Positions 1 through 8,363 of a stretch of 64,000 bases of DNA are shown here, piece after piece. Where the stretch lies: positions 348,041 to 412,040 of the forward strand of contig JBGFSY010000002.1 in the NCBI GenBank assembly GCA_041277045.1. Direction: 5' to 3'. Both the position numbers and the translations under genes were made by a program. The DNA comes from Candidatus Reddybacter sp. Its GTDB lineage: Bacteria > Pseudomonadota > Gammaproteobacteria > Pseudomonadales > Porticoccaceae. The notes under the pieces are model-generated. The model saw only the letters and a program-made list of their open reading frames with translations, was not told the DNA's origin and ran no database searches. Numbering within the stretch: position 1 is the first letter of the stretch; each line of letters begins with the position of its first letter.

Positions 1-930
1 CTGTTGTTCAGCGTTGAGATAATCTTCTGTTTGATCAGCCAAACCACCGGCGATAGCGCGGACATGCAAGACGCTATCAAAAATCCAGATTTGCGCTTCT
101 TCCCTCTGTAAGCCTTGAATAATAGCTTCTGTGGCGACGGAGCGGATAAGCACCCGGTTGTAAGCACCCTGATTAATTTGCGGGAAGGTGCGACTCATGT
201 GGGCGATGGTGCGTTGCTGTGGGTCGTCGACATCGGCCACCGCAAGCCCTAGCTGGTGCTGCTCACCGAGCATTGAGAGGGGCAGGCTAAATTCAATGCT
301 GTAGCCATCCTCGTCGATATCAACATAGCCCTGTAGGCGGTAGTCGGGATTACCCGGTGTTGCGATACGCCAATCTTCATCGACGGCGTAGGCAGTGATT
401 TTACCGCTGCCCTCAAAGGTAATGAGTAAGCGTCCCTCGTTATTGTCCGCATCTTTAAAATAAAAACGCACATGGTCACTGTGGTCGAGTCTTAAATAGG
501 CGGGGTGACGATAAACCGGCGATGAATCGTGGACCTTTAGCAGGCCATAAATGCGCTGTTTATTTTCGCCGATAATGAGTGAGAATTTCGGGCCGGGTGC
601 TTCGCCATAGTGTTGGCTGCGTTGCTCCAGCCCCTGCCAGTCTTCGGCAAAACCATCAAGCAGTATGCGCCCGGGCAGTGGATAGAGGGGCAGTTCGGCA
701 AGTTGACTGGTGCTAGCGGGATTGTCATCGAACAGTTCTCTGCGTCCGTGTAGCAGGGCGGCAATGCCGCTAGCGGTGAGGAGTTGCGCTTCGGCTTGCC
801 CGTCGGTTAAAAATTGCTGCATGGCGCGCAGCGATTGTAGACCCAGCCAGGGAATAAGTAGCAACACGCAACCGGCCAGCAATAATTTGCTAGCCAGGCG
901 GGGGCCGATAATGCGTGAGCCAAATTTCAT
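1..930 (-). CDS. sensor histidine kinase, N-terminal part (candidate PdsS of the proteobacterial dedicated sortase system); continues beyond the window edge
   Basis: Absent from the ORF track because it is open to position 1. Minus-strand translation from ATG 930-928 reads MKFGSRIIGPRLASKLLLAGCVLLLIPWLGLQSLRAMQQFLTDGQ... with no stop for about 310 codons. It has one N-terminal TM helix followed by a large extracytoplasmic-type domain. It starts 14 nt after the response-regulator stop. The kinase core lies outside the window, so the HK call rests on context. Confidence 0.55.
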   Translation of the reverse strand, partial: MKFGSRIIGPRLASKLLLAGCVLLLIPWLGLQSLRAMQQFLTDGQAEAQLLTASGIAALLHGRRELFDDNPASTSQLAELPLYPLPGRILLDGFAEDWQGLEQRSQHYGEAPGPKFSLIIGENKQRIYGLLKVHDSSPVYRHPAYLRLDHSDHVRFYFKDADNNEGRLLITFEGSGKITAYAVDEDWRIATPGNPDYRLQGYVDIDEDGYSIEFSLPLSMLGEQHQLGLAVADVDDPQQRTIAHMSRTFPQINQGAYNRVLIRSVATEAIIQGLQREEAQIWIFDSVLHVRAIAGGLADQTEDYLNAEQQ

Positions 931-944
931 TCTTTGATGGCCGC

Positions 945-1646
945 TTAGTCTTCTTGCACCCAGCGATAGCCGTGGCCGTATTCATTGCCAATGCAGGCAA
1001 AGGCGCTGTCGAGGCCACAGAATTTGCGGCGAATATTGCGCATGTGGGTATTGATGGTATTGCGGGTGACATATTGCTGAATGGTGGCCTGCATTAAAGC
1101 CTCGTAGGCCACGGGGTAGCCGGGCCTGCGCGCCAGTGCCGCGATAAGGCGGAACTCGGTAATGGTCAGCTCCAGTAATTGCTCACGCCAGTGAATCTGC
1201 ATGGCGTCTTCGTCTATGGATAAGTGCCCTGTTTCGTGGGCGGGGCGCGTGGCGGGAGTGGGGTCGTCGCGCAGGGCTTTTAAGCGCAGTAAAGAGGCGA
1301 TGCGCTCAACCAAAAATCCGAGGCTGACGGGCTTGGGCTGGTAGTCCCAGGCACCGAGACGCAGGCCCGATATTTTATCAATTTCATCGACCCGCTCGGT
1401 CAAAAACAACACGGGTAAATTGGCTTCAATGGCGAGTAACTCCCTGCACAATTGAAAGCCTGCATCGATTTCATTACCGAGAATAATATCCAGTACCACC
1501 AGGTCGGGCATTGTACGACTCATCGCTTCGCGGGCGCTTGCCCTTTCGGCGTATACGCTGATCTCGTAGCCTTGTTTTTCCAGTGCTGTTGCGTAGTTAT
1601 GTCGCTGGTCGGGGTCGTCCTCAACAATGGCGATCTTATAGCTCAA
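945..1646 (-). CDS. OmpR-family response regulator (candidate PdsR of the dedicated sortase system)
   Basis: Receiver domain (KIAIVEDDPDQ...PDLVVLDIIL...) plus a C-terminal winged-helix DNA-binding domain (LTITEFRLIAALARRPGYPVAYEALM...GYRW). The track ORF (945..1853) looks over-extended. I place the start at in-frame TTG 1646; ATG 1721 is an alternative. Confidence 0.8.
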   Translation of the reverse strand: MSYKIAIVEDDPDQRHNYATALEKQGYEISVYAERASAREAMSRTMPDLVVLDIILGNEIDAGFQLCRELLAIEANLPVLFLTERVDEIDKISGLRLGAWDYQPKPVSLGFLVERIASLLRLKALRDDPTPATRPAHETGHLSIDEDAMQIHWREQLLELTITEFRLIAALARRPGYPVAYEALMQATIQQYVTRNTINTHMRNIRRKFCGLDSAFACIGNEYGHGYRWVQED

Positions 1647-1808
1647 GTGCGTTTCTCTTCGTTTAAACGTGTTGGGGCTAGCATACCTCTTCGTTTGTAT
1701 GAGATCCCTTTTGACCGCCATAAATCCATGACTTCTCCATTTTCTCACCACTAATACTGCAGTTTTTTTCGCTTCAATAGTTTTAAACCGATGAAGAGGA
1801 AGGATGTG

Positions 1809-1997
1809 ATGAAAAAATTTGTAGCAATTTGCGATGACCTGCTTGATAGCCAACCGCAGATGTTGGGTCGGCTGGTGCCTTATAGCTGTGACTATCCCTG
1901 TCAGCGTTTGTATCGACAGCCCCTTGACGAGCTACCTGGGTTAGCTCCCGTACAACTGGCTTTGACCTTACAGCGCGAGGGCAACAGCCATGACTAA
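1809..1997 (+). CDS. hypothetical small protein (62 aa), first cistron of the sortase operon
   Basis: ATG 1809 is preceded by a strong SD (GAGGAAGGA). Its stop overlaps the downstream OmpA-like start (ATGACTAA, 8-nt overlap). It has no signal peptide and three Cys. I recognise no family. Confidence 0.35.
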   Translation: MKKFVAICDDLLDSQPQMLGRLVPYSCDYPCQRLYRQPLDELPGLAPVQLALTLQREGNSHD

Positions 1998-2643
1998 CTA
2001 CAATTTTGTATTGGCACGGCGGGTGAGTGTGTCTGTTCTATTACTGGCAGGCTTGCTGTCGCTAGAGGCCTGTCAGCTCAGTGCGCCAACAACGCAGAAG
2101 GCAGCTACAAACGCTTTGAATACGGATGCACCGGGCAGCCTCGAGAAAGTGGCAGTACCGGTGGAAAGGTCTGTCGAGACAAGGCCTGTTTTATCCGTCC
2201 GGCACCCCCTCCTACAGGGTCGGCTCAGTGAAAAACATTTTGTGATTCCCGTTGCCCGCAGCGGTGATTTTGCGCCGGATGAACTTGATGAATATGTCCT
2301 CAATATTATCGAACAATCACGCCATTGGGAGTATGTATCTGAGTTGCAGGTTCACGGGCACACCGACAGTGAGGGCTCTGAATTAAGCAATATGTTGCTA
2401 TCAATTCGCCGCGCCAATCGCGTTGCCGAGCGTTTTGAAGAGCTGGGTGTGGAAGCGGGTTTGTTGCTGATCGAAGCCCACGGTGAAACCCAGGCGATTG
2501 CCGATAACACGACGCTGGATGGACGCATCGCCAATCGGCGTATTGAGATTGTATTGATTGGTCATGTTGGTGAGGGGGCGGATGATGACGAACAATATAA
2601 AGCGGTGGTTGCAGAATTGCCTTCTCAGGGGGGCAAGCCATGA
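1990..2643 (+). CDS. OmpA-family lipoprotein (PdsO-like, proteobacterial sortase system)
   Basis: Lipoprotein signal LLAGLLSLEAC. C-terminal OmpA_C-like peptidoglycan-binding domain (VHGHTDSEGSELSNMLLSIRRANRVAERF...NRRIEIVL). ATGA overlap with the next gene. Confidence 0.8.
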   Translation: MTNYNFVLARRVSVSVLLLAGLLSLEACQLSAPTTQKAATNALNTDAPGSLEKVAVPVERSVETRPVLSVRHPLLQGRLSEKHFVIPVARSGDFAPDELDEYVLNIIEQSRHWEYVSELQVHGHTDSEGSELSNMLLSIRRANRVAERFEELGVEAGLLLIEAHGETQAIADNTTLDGRIANRRIEIVLIGHVGEGADDDEQYKAVVAELPSQGGKP

Positions 2644-4136
2644 GTCGATTCTTTCATTCTATCGTAGCAATTCTTCGTTTATTCCGCTGTGTACACAAGC
2701 GGAGCTGCTTGCTGTTCACGCTGCTTGTCGTTACCGGTAGCGCCAATGCCATTGCTGATACCAATAGCGCCCCCGCAGAAATGGGCTTGCTGGGCAGTGC
2801 TATGTTGGCGCTCAATTTTAGCGATGGCCGCGATGAAATTATCGCGCCGCAATTACACAGCAAGGTAGATATTCATATTACCGGGCCCATTGCGCGGGTG
2901 AGGGTGGTGCAAACCTTCAGCAATCCCTCTGATGCCTGGGCCGAAGCGGTGTATACCTTTCCGCTGCCCCCGGATAGTGCTGTTGACCAGCTGCAAATGC
3001 ACATTGGCGAGCGAATTATTGAAGGTGAAATACAGGAGCGTGGAGCGGCGCATAAAATTTATCAGCAGGCCCGGCAGGCAGGGCAACAAGCTGCCCTCGT
3101 TGAACAACACCGGCCTAATATATTTAGTACTAAGGTGGCCAATGTGCCACCCGGCGAAGGGCTGACAGTGGTGCTTGAATATCAGCAGCAAGTGATGCGT
3201 CGGGGTTCGCGCTTTAGCTTGCACTATCCGATGAGTATTACGCCTCGTTACACGCCCAGCAATGGTCTCGCCGAAACAGGTTCAGTGGTCAATGATAAGC
3301 CCCTTACTCAGCTTGCCACCGCATTGGCTGGTGAAAATAATAATGCCACGGAAATTTGGCTTGATTTACAGGTGGGTTTTGAACTCGATGAGGTCGAAAG
3401 TCGCTACCACGCGGTGAGCAAAACTCGCGTCGATGACAGTCATTGGCAGTTGTGGCTTGATCCCGAAACACACGATGCTAATGCCGATTTTGTTGTTGAG
3501 TGGCAGGGGCGAGAATTAGCAGTGCCCCAGGCCCACATTTTCACCCAGGCTTTTGCCGGGCACGAATATGCCCTGCTACAAGTGATGCCGCCACAGGTAA
3601 AGCTTGAACAATATCGACAAGCCCGGGACATCGTTTATGTGATTGATACCTCGGGGTCGATGGGCGGGGAATCCTTGCGTCAGGCAAAGCGAGCTCTGCT
3701 ATGGGCTATTGAGCGGCTGGATAGAGAGGACCGCTTTAATATTATTGAGTTTAATTCCGAGAGCTGGTCTTTATTCGACACTGAGCGTGAGGCTAGCCCA
3801 GGCAATATCACGCGCGCCAGGCGATTCGTGAATGAGCTGGAAGCCCGGGGTGGCACTGAAATGCGTAAGGCACTGGATTTGGCTTTATGTGGCCCTTGTA
3901 CCGATAACAATCGCGCTGGACGCTTACGACAGGTTTTGTTTCTCACCGATGGCGCTATTAGCAACGAAGTACAGCTATTCGCTGCAATCAAAGCTCGGCT
4001 CGGCAATAGCCGTTTATTTACGGTGAGTATTGGTTCTGCACCTAACCGTTATTTCATGCGCAAGGCAGCGAAAATGGGGCGGGGAACTTTTGTACATATC
4101 GGTAAAATTAATGAAGTGGAGCAAAAAATAACGTAG
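2640..4136 (+). CDS. sortase target protein, N-terminal part (signal peptide + VIT domain + von Willebrand A domain), ending at an in-frame TAG
   Basis: Signal peptide LLFTLLVVTGSANA. VIT-like region (ITGPIARVRVVQTFSNP...). vWA MIDAS motif VIDTSGSMGG. The reading frame continues in the same frame after TAG 4134-4136. Confidence 0.8.
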   Translation: MSRFFHSIVAILRLFRCVHKRSCLLFTLLVVTGSANAIADTNSAPAEMGLLGSAMLALNFSDGRDEIIAPQLHSKVDIHITGPIARVRVVQTFSNPSDAWAEAVYTFPLPPDSAVDQLQMHIGERIIEGEIQERGAAHKIYQQARQAGQQAALVEQHRPNIFSTKVANVPPGEGLTVVLEYQQQVMRRGSRFSLHYPMSITPRYTPSNGLAETGSVVNDKPLTQLATALAGENNNATEIWLDLQVGFELDEVESRYHAVSKTRVDDSHWQLWLDPETHDANADFVVEWQGRELAVPQAHIFTQAFAGHEYALLQVMPPQVKLEQYRQARDIVYVIDTSGSMGGESLRQAKRALLWAIERLDREDRFNIIEFNSESWSLFDTEREASPGNITRARRFVNELEARGGTEMRKALDLALCGPCTDNNRAGRLRQVLFLTDGAISNEVQLFAAIKARLGNSRLFTVSIGSAPNRYFMRKAAKMGRGTFVHIGKINEVEQKIT

Positions 4137-4163
4137 CTATTTGAACGTATCGACGCACCGCTA

Positions 4164-4730
4164 ATGAATGACATTGAACTGCAATTAGCCGGTAAAAATA
4201 TTGACATCAGCCCGGTTTTAATTCCAGATCTCTATGCTGGAGAGCCCCTCATCGTAGCTATTAGAGCAGATGATTTGCCAGAGCAAATAATACTGCGAGG
4301 GCAGCGTCAGGGTGAGACCTGGCAGCAGACGGTGCCATTGGCCCTTGCCTCAGAAGGAGGTGGTATTCATGTTGTCTGGGCGCGAAAAAAAATCGAGTCA
4401 CTATTAGATGAAAGAGCAATGCAGCGTGATGATGAAAGCCGAGAAGATCTGCGTCATCAAGTGGTCGATATTGCCTTGAATCATCATCTGGTGACGCTCT
4501 TCACCAGTTTGGTAGCCGTCGATCAAGTATCGATTAGGCCTGAACTAGAAGCTATTGATAATCACCCCATCAATAGCAATGTACCAAAGGGCACGCAATT
4601 TGGTTTGGCGCGCACGGCAACGGGGATGACTTATTTTATCGGCACGGGGTTTGTTGTGTTGATCTTTGCTTTAGCACTCCTTTGGTTGTCACAGCCTTAC
4701 TCGCAAAATGTGCGACCTGATCTATGTTGA
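4164..4730 (+). pseudogene. C-terminal part of the same sortase target (stalk + sorting signal), cut off by the upstream in-frame stop
   Basis: Same frame as 2640..4136 (offset 1524 nt). The codons between the stop and the listed ATG read LFERIDAPL, so the sequence is continuous. The C-terminus has LARTATG, then a hydrophobic helix FIGTGFVVLIFALALLWL, then a short tail. Confidence 0.7.
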
Positions 4731-5338
4731 TGGTTAGAGCAAAAGCTCTGCAGACAGCGGGGGAGGTGAGGCTTGCGAGTAGTTTGAAATACCTTGGCCT
4801 TGTGTTGCTAGTTCTGGGTGCCATTTTGTGGATAAAAGGTGGCTATATTTTCCTTAAAGCTGAGCTCGGCCCATATTTAATTAATCGTGCCTGGCAACAC
4901 AGTATGGCCACTGGGGATAAATATAAACCCTGGGGCTGGGCAGATACCTGGCCCGTTGCTCAGATGCTGGTTCTCTCCCAAAATATTAATCAAATCGTAC
5001 TGGCGGGTGACAGTGGTCAAGCTCTGGCTTTCGGTCCGGGGCACACCTCGTCGAGTGCTCAACCGGGAGCTGATGGGCTGGTGGTTATTTCCGGCCATCG
5101 CGACACGCATTTTCTTTTTTTGCAGTATTTACAGGAGGATGAGCAGATAATTTTACAAAACTGGGAGGGGCAGCACACAGTTTACCGTGTTAGTAGTAGG
5201 CAGGTGGTCGATGAAGATGTTTTGATAGCGGCCGATAACAATATTCGAAGCCTGATGTTGGTTACTTGCTGGCCTTTTGATAGTACTGCAACTAATTCAC
5301 GGCATCGTTTTATCGTCCAGGCTCAGGTTGTTAATTAG
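4724..5338 (+). CDS. class GN (marine proteobacterial type) sortase
   Basis: N-terminal TM anchor. Catalytic His context ISGHRDTHF, catalytic Cys context LVTCWP, and a downstream Arg (NSRHRF). The start overlaps the target gene stop (ATGTTGA). Confidence 0.85.
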   Translation: MLMVRAKALQTAGEVRLASSLKYLGLVLLVLGAILWIKGGYIFLKAELGPYLINRAWQHSMATGDKYKPWGWADTWPVAQMLVLSQNINQIVLAGDSGQALAFGPGHTSSSAQPGADGLVVISGHRDTHFLFLQYLQEDEQIILQNWEGQHTVYRVSSRQVVDEDVLIAADNNIRSLMLVTCWPFDSTATNSRHRFIVQAQVVN

Positions 5339-5499
5339 ATACCTGAAGCAGGAATGTGGCACAAGTGAATGATTGTTATTTGATTTAGACATATTTGTAT
5401 AAAGTGAGATAGTGACAGAGTTACGCCTAATATCTTGTCTGGCGATGTTCTACCTCTGGATGCTGCAAAAATAGCTTTAATTTTGAGGGAAAGTAAACG

Positions 5500-6165
5500 A
5501 TGAGCACAGAAAATAACAACGATGATCGCGCAATGGCTGCCCAGCTTTCAAACCCTGAGGGTGAGCGTGGTATAGAGTTGGCGTCGAACATGAATAAAGC
5601 CAACGCCTTGGTAACAGCGTGTACCATTGACTGCCTTATTCCCGAAGCCGGGAAAAATATTGTAGAAATTGGCCCCGGCAATGGCATGTTGTCTTTTAGC
5701 TTAACTTATACCCTCGAGGGCGATGGTCATTATCAAGCCGTCGAGCGCTCTGCAGATATGGCACAACAAGTACGCGACAACTTGGCTGAATATGCTGAGT
5801 GTCAAATGACTGTTCACAATGAGGATTGCTTTGATGCGCCCATTGAAGACGGTTCCATCGATGGTATTTTCGGCGTCAATATTATTTATTTTATTGAAGA
5901 CATAGTTGCACTGTTTACCCTCTTTGATCGCTGGTTAAAGCCGGGTGGTCGAGTGGCCCTGGGTATGCGTACTTCAGATACCATGAAAGCCCAAAGTTTT
6001 ACACAGCACGGTTTTAAATTGCGTGAAAAAGAAGAAATAGAAGCGGCGATGACATCTGTCGGCTGGCGGCTGGCCGGTAGTGAATACTTTGAAGAAGATG
6101 ATATCGAACTGGAGGGGAAAATATTAAAAGTTGATGCTCTGGTCCTTTCTGCTAAAAAGATGTAA
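5500..6165 (+). CDS. class I SAM-dependent methyltransferase
   Basis: SAM-binding motif I IVEIGPGNGML and an acidic loop, with a Methyltransf_11-like layout. Substrate unknown. Confidence 0.7.
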   Translation: MSTENNNDDRAMAAQLSNPEGERGIELASNMNKANALVTACTIDCLIPEAGKNIVEIGPGNGMLSFSLTYTLEGDGHYQAVERSADMAQQVRDNLAEYAECQMTVHNEDCFDAPIEDGSIDGIFGVNIIYFIEDIVALFTLFDRWLKPGGRVALGMRTSDTMKAQSFTQHGFKLREKEEIEAAMTSVGWRLAGSEYFEEDDIELEGKILKVDALVLSAKKM

Positions 6166-6251
6166 GTGTATTGATAGTGCGTTGATTAGATTTCTACTTG
6201 ATTAAAAGAGTATAAAAAATCTTAATTAAATAGTTAATTCTATTCTAATTT

Positions 6252-6291
6252 AGATAGCAAAACGGCGCAATAATGCGCCGTTTTGCTATCT
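6252..6291 (+). terminator. rho-independent (bidirectional-looking) terminator hairpin
   Basis: Perfect 18-bp inverted repeat AGATAGCAAAACGGCGCA / TGCGCCGTTTTGCTATCT with a 4-nt loop, downstream of the methyltransferase. Confidence 0.7.
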
Positions 6292-6314
6292 GTATGAAAT
6301 TCAAAGGCTAAACT

Positions 6315-6791
6315 ATGCCTTCAGCTAATTTCCCGGAAAACAAAATAAAAGTTGGTCTGACACTGGGCGGTGGTTCTGCTCGGGGCTGGTCTCATATTGG
6401 TATTATTGCGGTTAATTTCAATGGCAATCTTGTCGGTAGGCACATTGATAAATCAGCACACAATAGCGTGGAAGAACGCTCAGCCCATTGGAGTGACAAA
6501 ATACCCTGGCTCCCTGGTAGCGGGGGTCAAACAAGAAAACAGTGGTGCTGCTAACCATAGGCGCCGCGCGTATTCGAGACCATTGCCGGCTTTATTAATA
6601 TTATTCAGGATCGTATTACTCGCAGTCGTATGGTCGGGGAGCCGCCGGATATTTTGATCACACCCGAGCTGGCCGATATTGGCTTGTTGGAGTTTCATTG
6701 AGCTGCTGAATGTATCGACGAGGGCAAAGAAAGTGTGCGTCGTACGCTGCCGGAAATTCAGCGTTTGCTCAAGACCTCAGAGGGGCTATAG
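6315..6791 (+). pseudogene. decayed patatin-like phospholipase (RssA-like) gene
   Basis: The N-terminus has the patatin oxyanion motif GLTLGGGSARGWSHIGII, after which the frame is lost. A different frame carries the family's C-terminal region FINIIQDRITRSRMVGEPPDILITPELADIGLLEFH-TGA-AAECIDEGKESVRRTLPEIQRLL, with an in-frame TGA at 6699-6701. Total length is about half of an intact gene. Confidence 0.6.
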
Positions 6792-6867
6792 TGCTGATCT
6801 TGAGCTGTTCAATCTTGTAGCGATTTAATACATAAACTAACCAACACTGAAGTTAAGGAGCAGAATA

Positions 6868-8058
6868 ATGCGCAAAGTAAAAATTGCCGGCACGGGTATG
6901 ACTCATTTTGGTAAGCGTATGGATGCCACCCTACGCAGCCTGACCACCGAGGCCTTAAACGAAGCGATGCTGGATGCGGCCATCAGCACCGACCACGTCG
7001 ACACCATCTTTTTTGGTAATGCGGTGGGAGGCCTAATCACGGGCCAGGAAATGATTCCCGGGCAAATTGCCCTGCGTGAATCGGGCTTGATGGGTAAGCC
7101 GATTATCAATGTTGAAAATGCCTGTGCTTCGGCCTCGACTGCGGCCCACCTGGCCTGGTTGTCTGTGGCCTCCGGGCAGAGTGAAGTGGCCCTCGCCATC
7201 GGCGCGGAGAAGATGACCCACAAAGATAAAACGATGGCTTTTAAGGCTTTAATTTCGGCGATGGATCTTGAAGAAATAAAAGCCGAGACCGGCTCTGACG
7301 ACCCGCTCACCGCAGGCAGTGAGCCGGGTCGCTCTGGTTTTATGGATGTCTATGCCGGTAAGGCCCGTAAATACATGGAGAGGACTGGCGCGACGATGGA
7401 GGATTTCGCCCGCGTTGCCGCCAAGTCCCATAAATTTGGCTCTCTCAACCCCAAGGCCCAGTTTCAGAAAGCGTTAAGCGTTGAAGAAATCCTCGCCACC
7501 CGTTTGATTGTTGACCCCTTAACACTGGCCATGTGCTCACCCATTGGTGATGGTTCGGCGGTGCTGGTGTTTACCTCTGAAGACTTTGCCCGTAAACACG
7601 GCTGTGACGCCGTTACTGCCGAAACCATTACTCTGGTATCCGGCCAGCCCGGTGGCCGCAGCTGTAACGATAGAGCCGGTGAGAAGGCCTACGCCATGGC
7701 TGGTGTCGGCCCGGAAGATGTCGATGTGGTGGAGCTGCACGATGCGGCTTCACCTGCAGAGTTGATGTATATAGAAGAGCTGGGGCTGTGTAAGCCTGGC
7801 GAAGGGGTGCAGATGATTCGCGATGGCGAGACCGATCTCGGTGGTCGCGTACCGGTCAATACCAGTGGTGGCTTGGTCGCTAAAGGCCACCCTGTCGGCG
7901 CCACGGGCTGTGCCCAGTTAGTTGAGCTGACCAATCAACTGCGTGGTCGTTGCGGCAAGCGCCAGGTCGAGGGGGCGAAAGTTGCTCTCGCGCAGAATGG
8001 TGGCGGCTGGATAGAAGATGATACCGCTGCTGCAACCTTGAGTATTCTCACTCGTTAA
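6868..8058 (+). CDS. thiolase-family protein (SCP-x / lipid-transfer type acetyl-CoA acyltransferase)
   Basis: Active-site Cys context VENACASASTA and C-terminal GHPVGATGC. Length and layout fit non-specific thiolases. Confidence 0.8.
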   Translation: MRKVKIAGTGMTHFGKRMDATLRSLTTEALNEAMLDAAISTDHVDTIFFGNAVGGLITGQEMIPGQIALRESGLMGKPIINVENACASASTAAHLAWLSVASGQSEVALAIGAEKMTHKDKTMAFKALISAMDLEEIKAETGSDDPLTAGSEPGRSGFMDVYAGKARKYMERTGATMEDFARVAAKSHKFGSLNPKAQFQKALSVEEILATRLIVDPLTLAMCSPIGDGSAVLVFTSEDFARKHGCDAVTAETITLVSGQPGGRSCNDRAGEKAYAMAGVGPEDVDVVELHDAASPAELMYIEELGLCKPGEGVQMIRDGETDLGGRVPVNTSGGLVAKGHPVGATGCAQLVELTNQLRGRCGKRQVEGAKVALAQNGGGWIEDDTAAATLSILTR

Positions 8059-8363
8059 TTGAGCGGGCTAGCCCCTCACTTGGTTCCGAGTCGAGGTGCT
8101 GGCCCCGCTGACTGAATTCATTCTATCGCTGAGCGGCCCTATTCAGGCCGATAAACAACTGACGCGCACAGCCAATGGAGGGCTGGGGTGAAGTATGTCA
8201 TCAAGCCGCGCCCGCAAAGCCAAGCCCTGGCAGACTTGAGACGATAATGCCGATTGCAATGAGAAAATAGGCTGGTTTTTCGCGTAAAGGCCTCTCGGTG
8301 ATATCCATTTTTAGGCCCAATTGCAAAAATAATCTTCCTTCGCTCTAACAAGCAAAACCCAAT

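Noticed and set aside
8139-8351. 70-aa minus-strand ORF between the thiolase gene and rsuA
   Set aside because: No RBS and an odd composition (Cys/Arg/His-rich). It sits in the likely rsuA promoter region and is probably non-coding.
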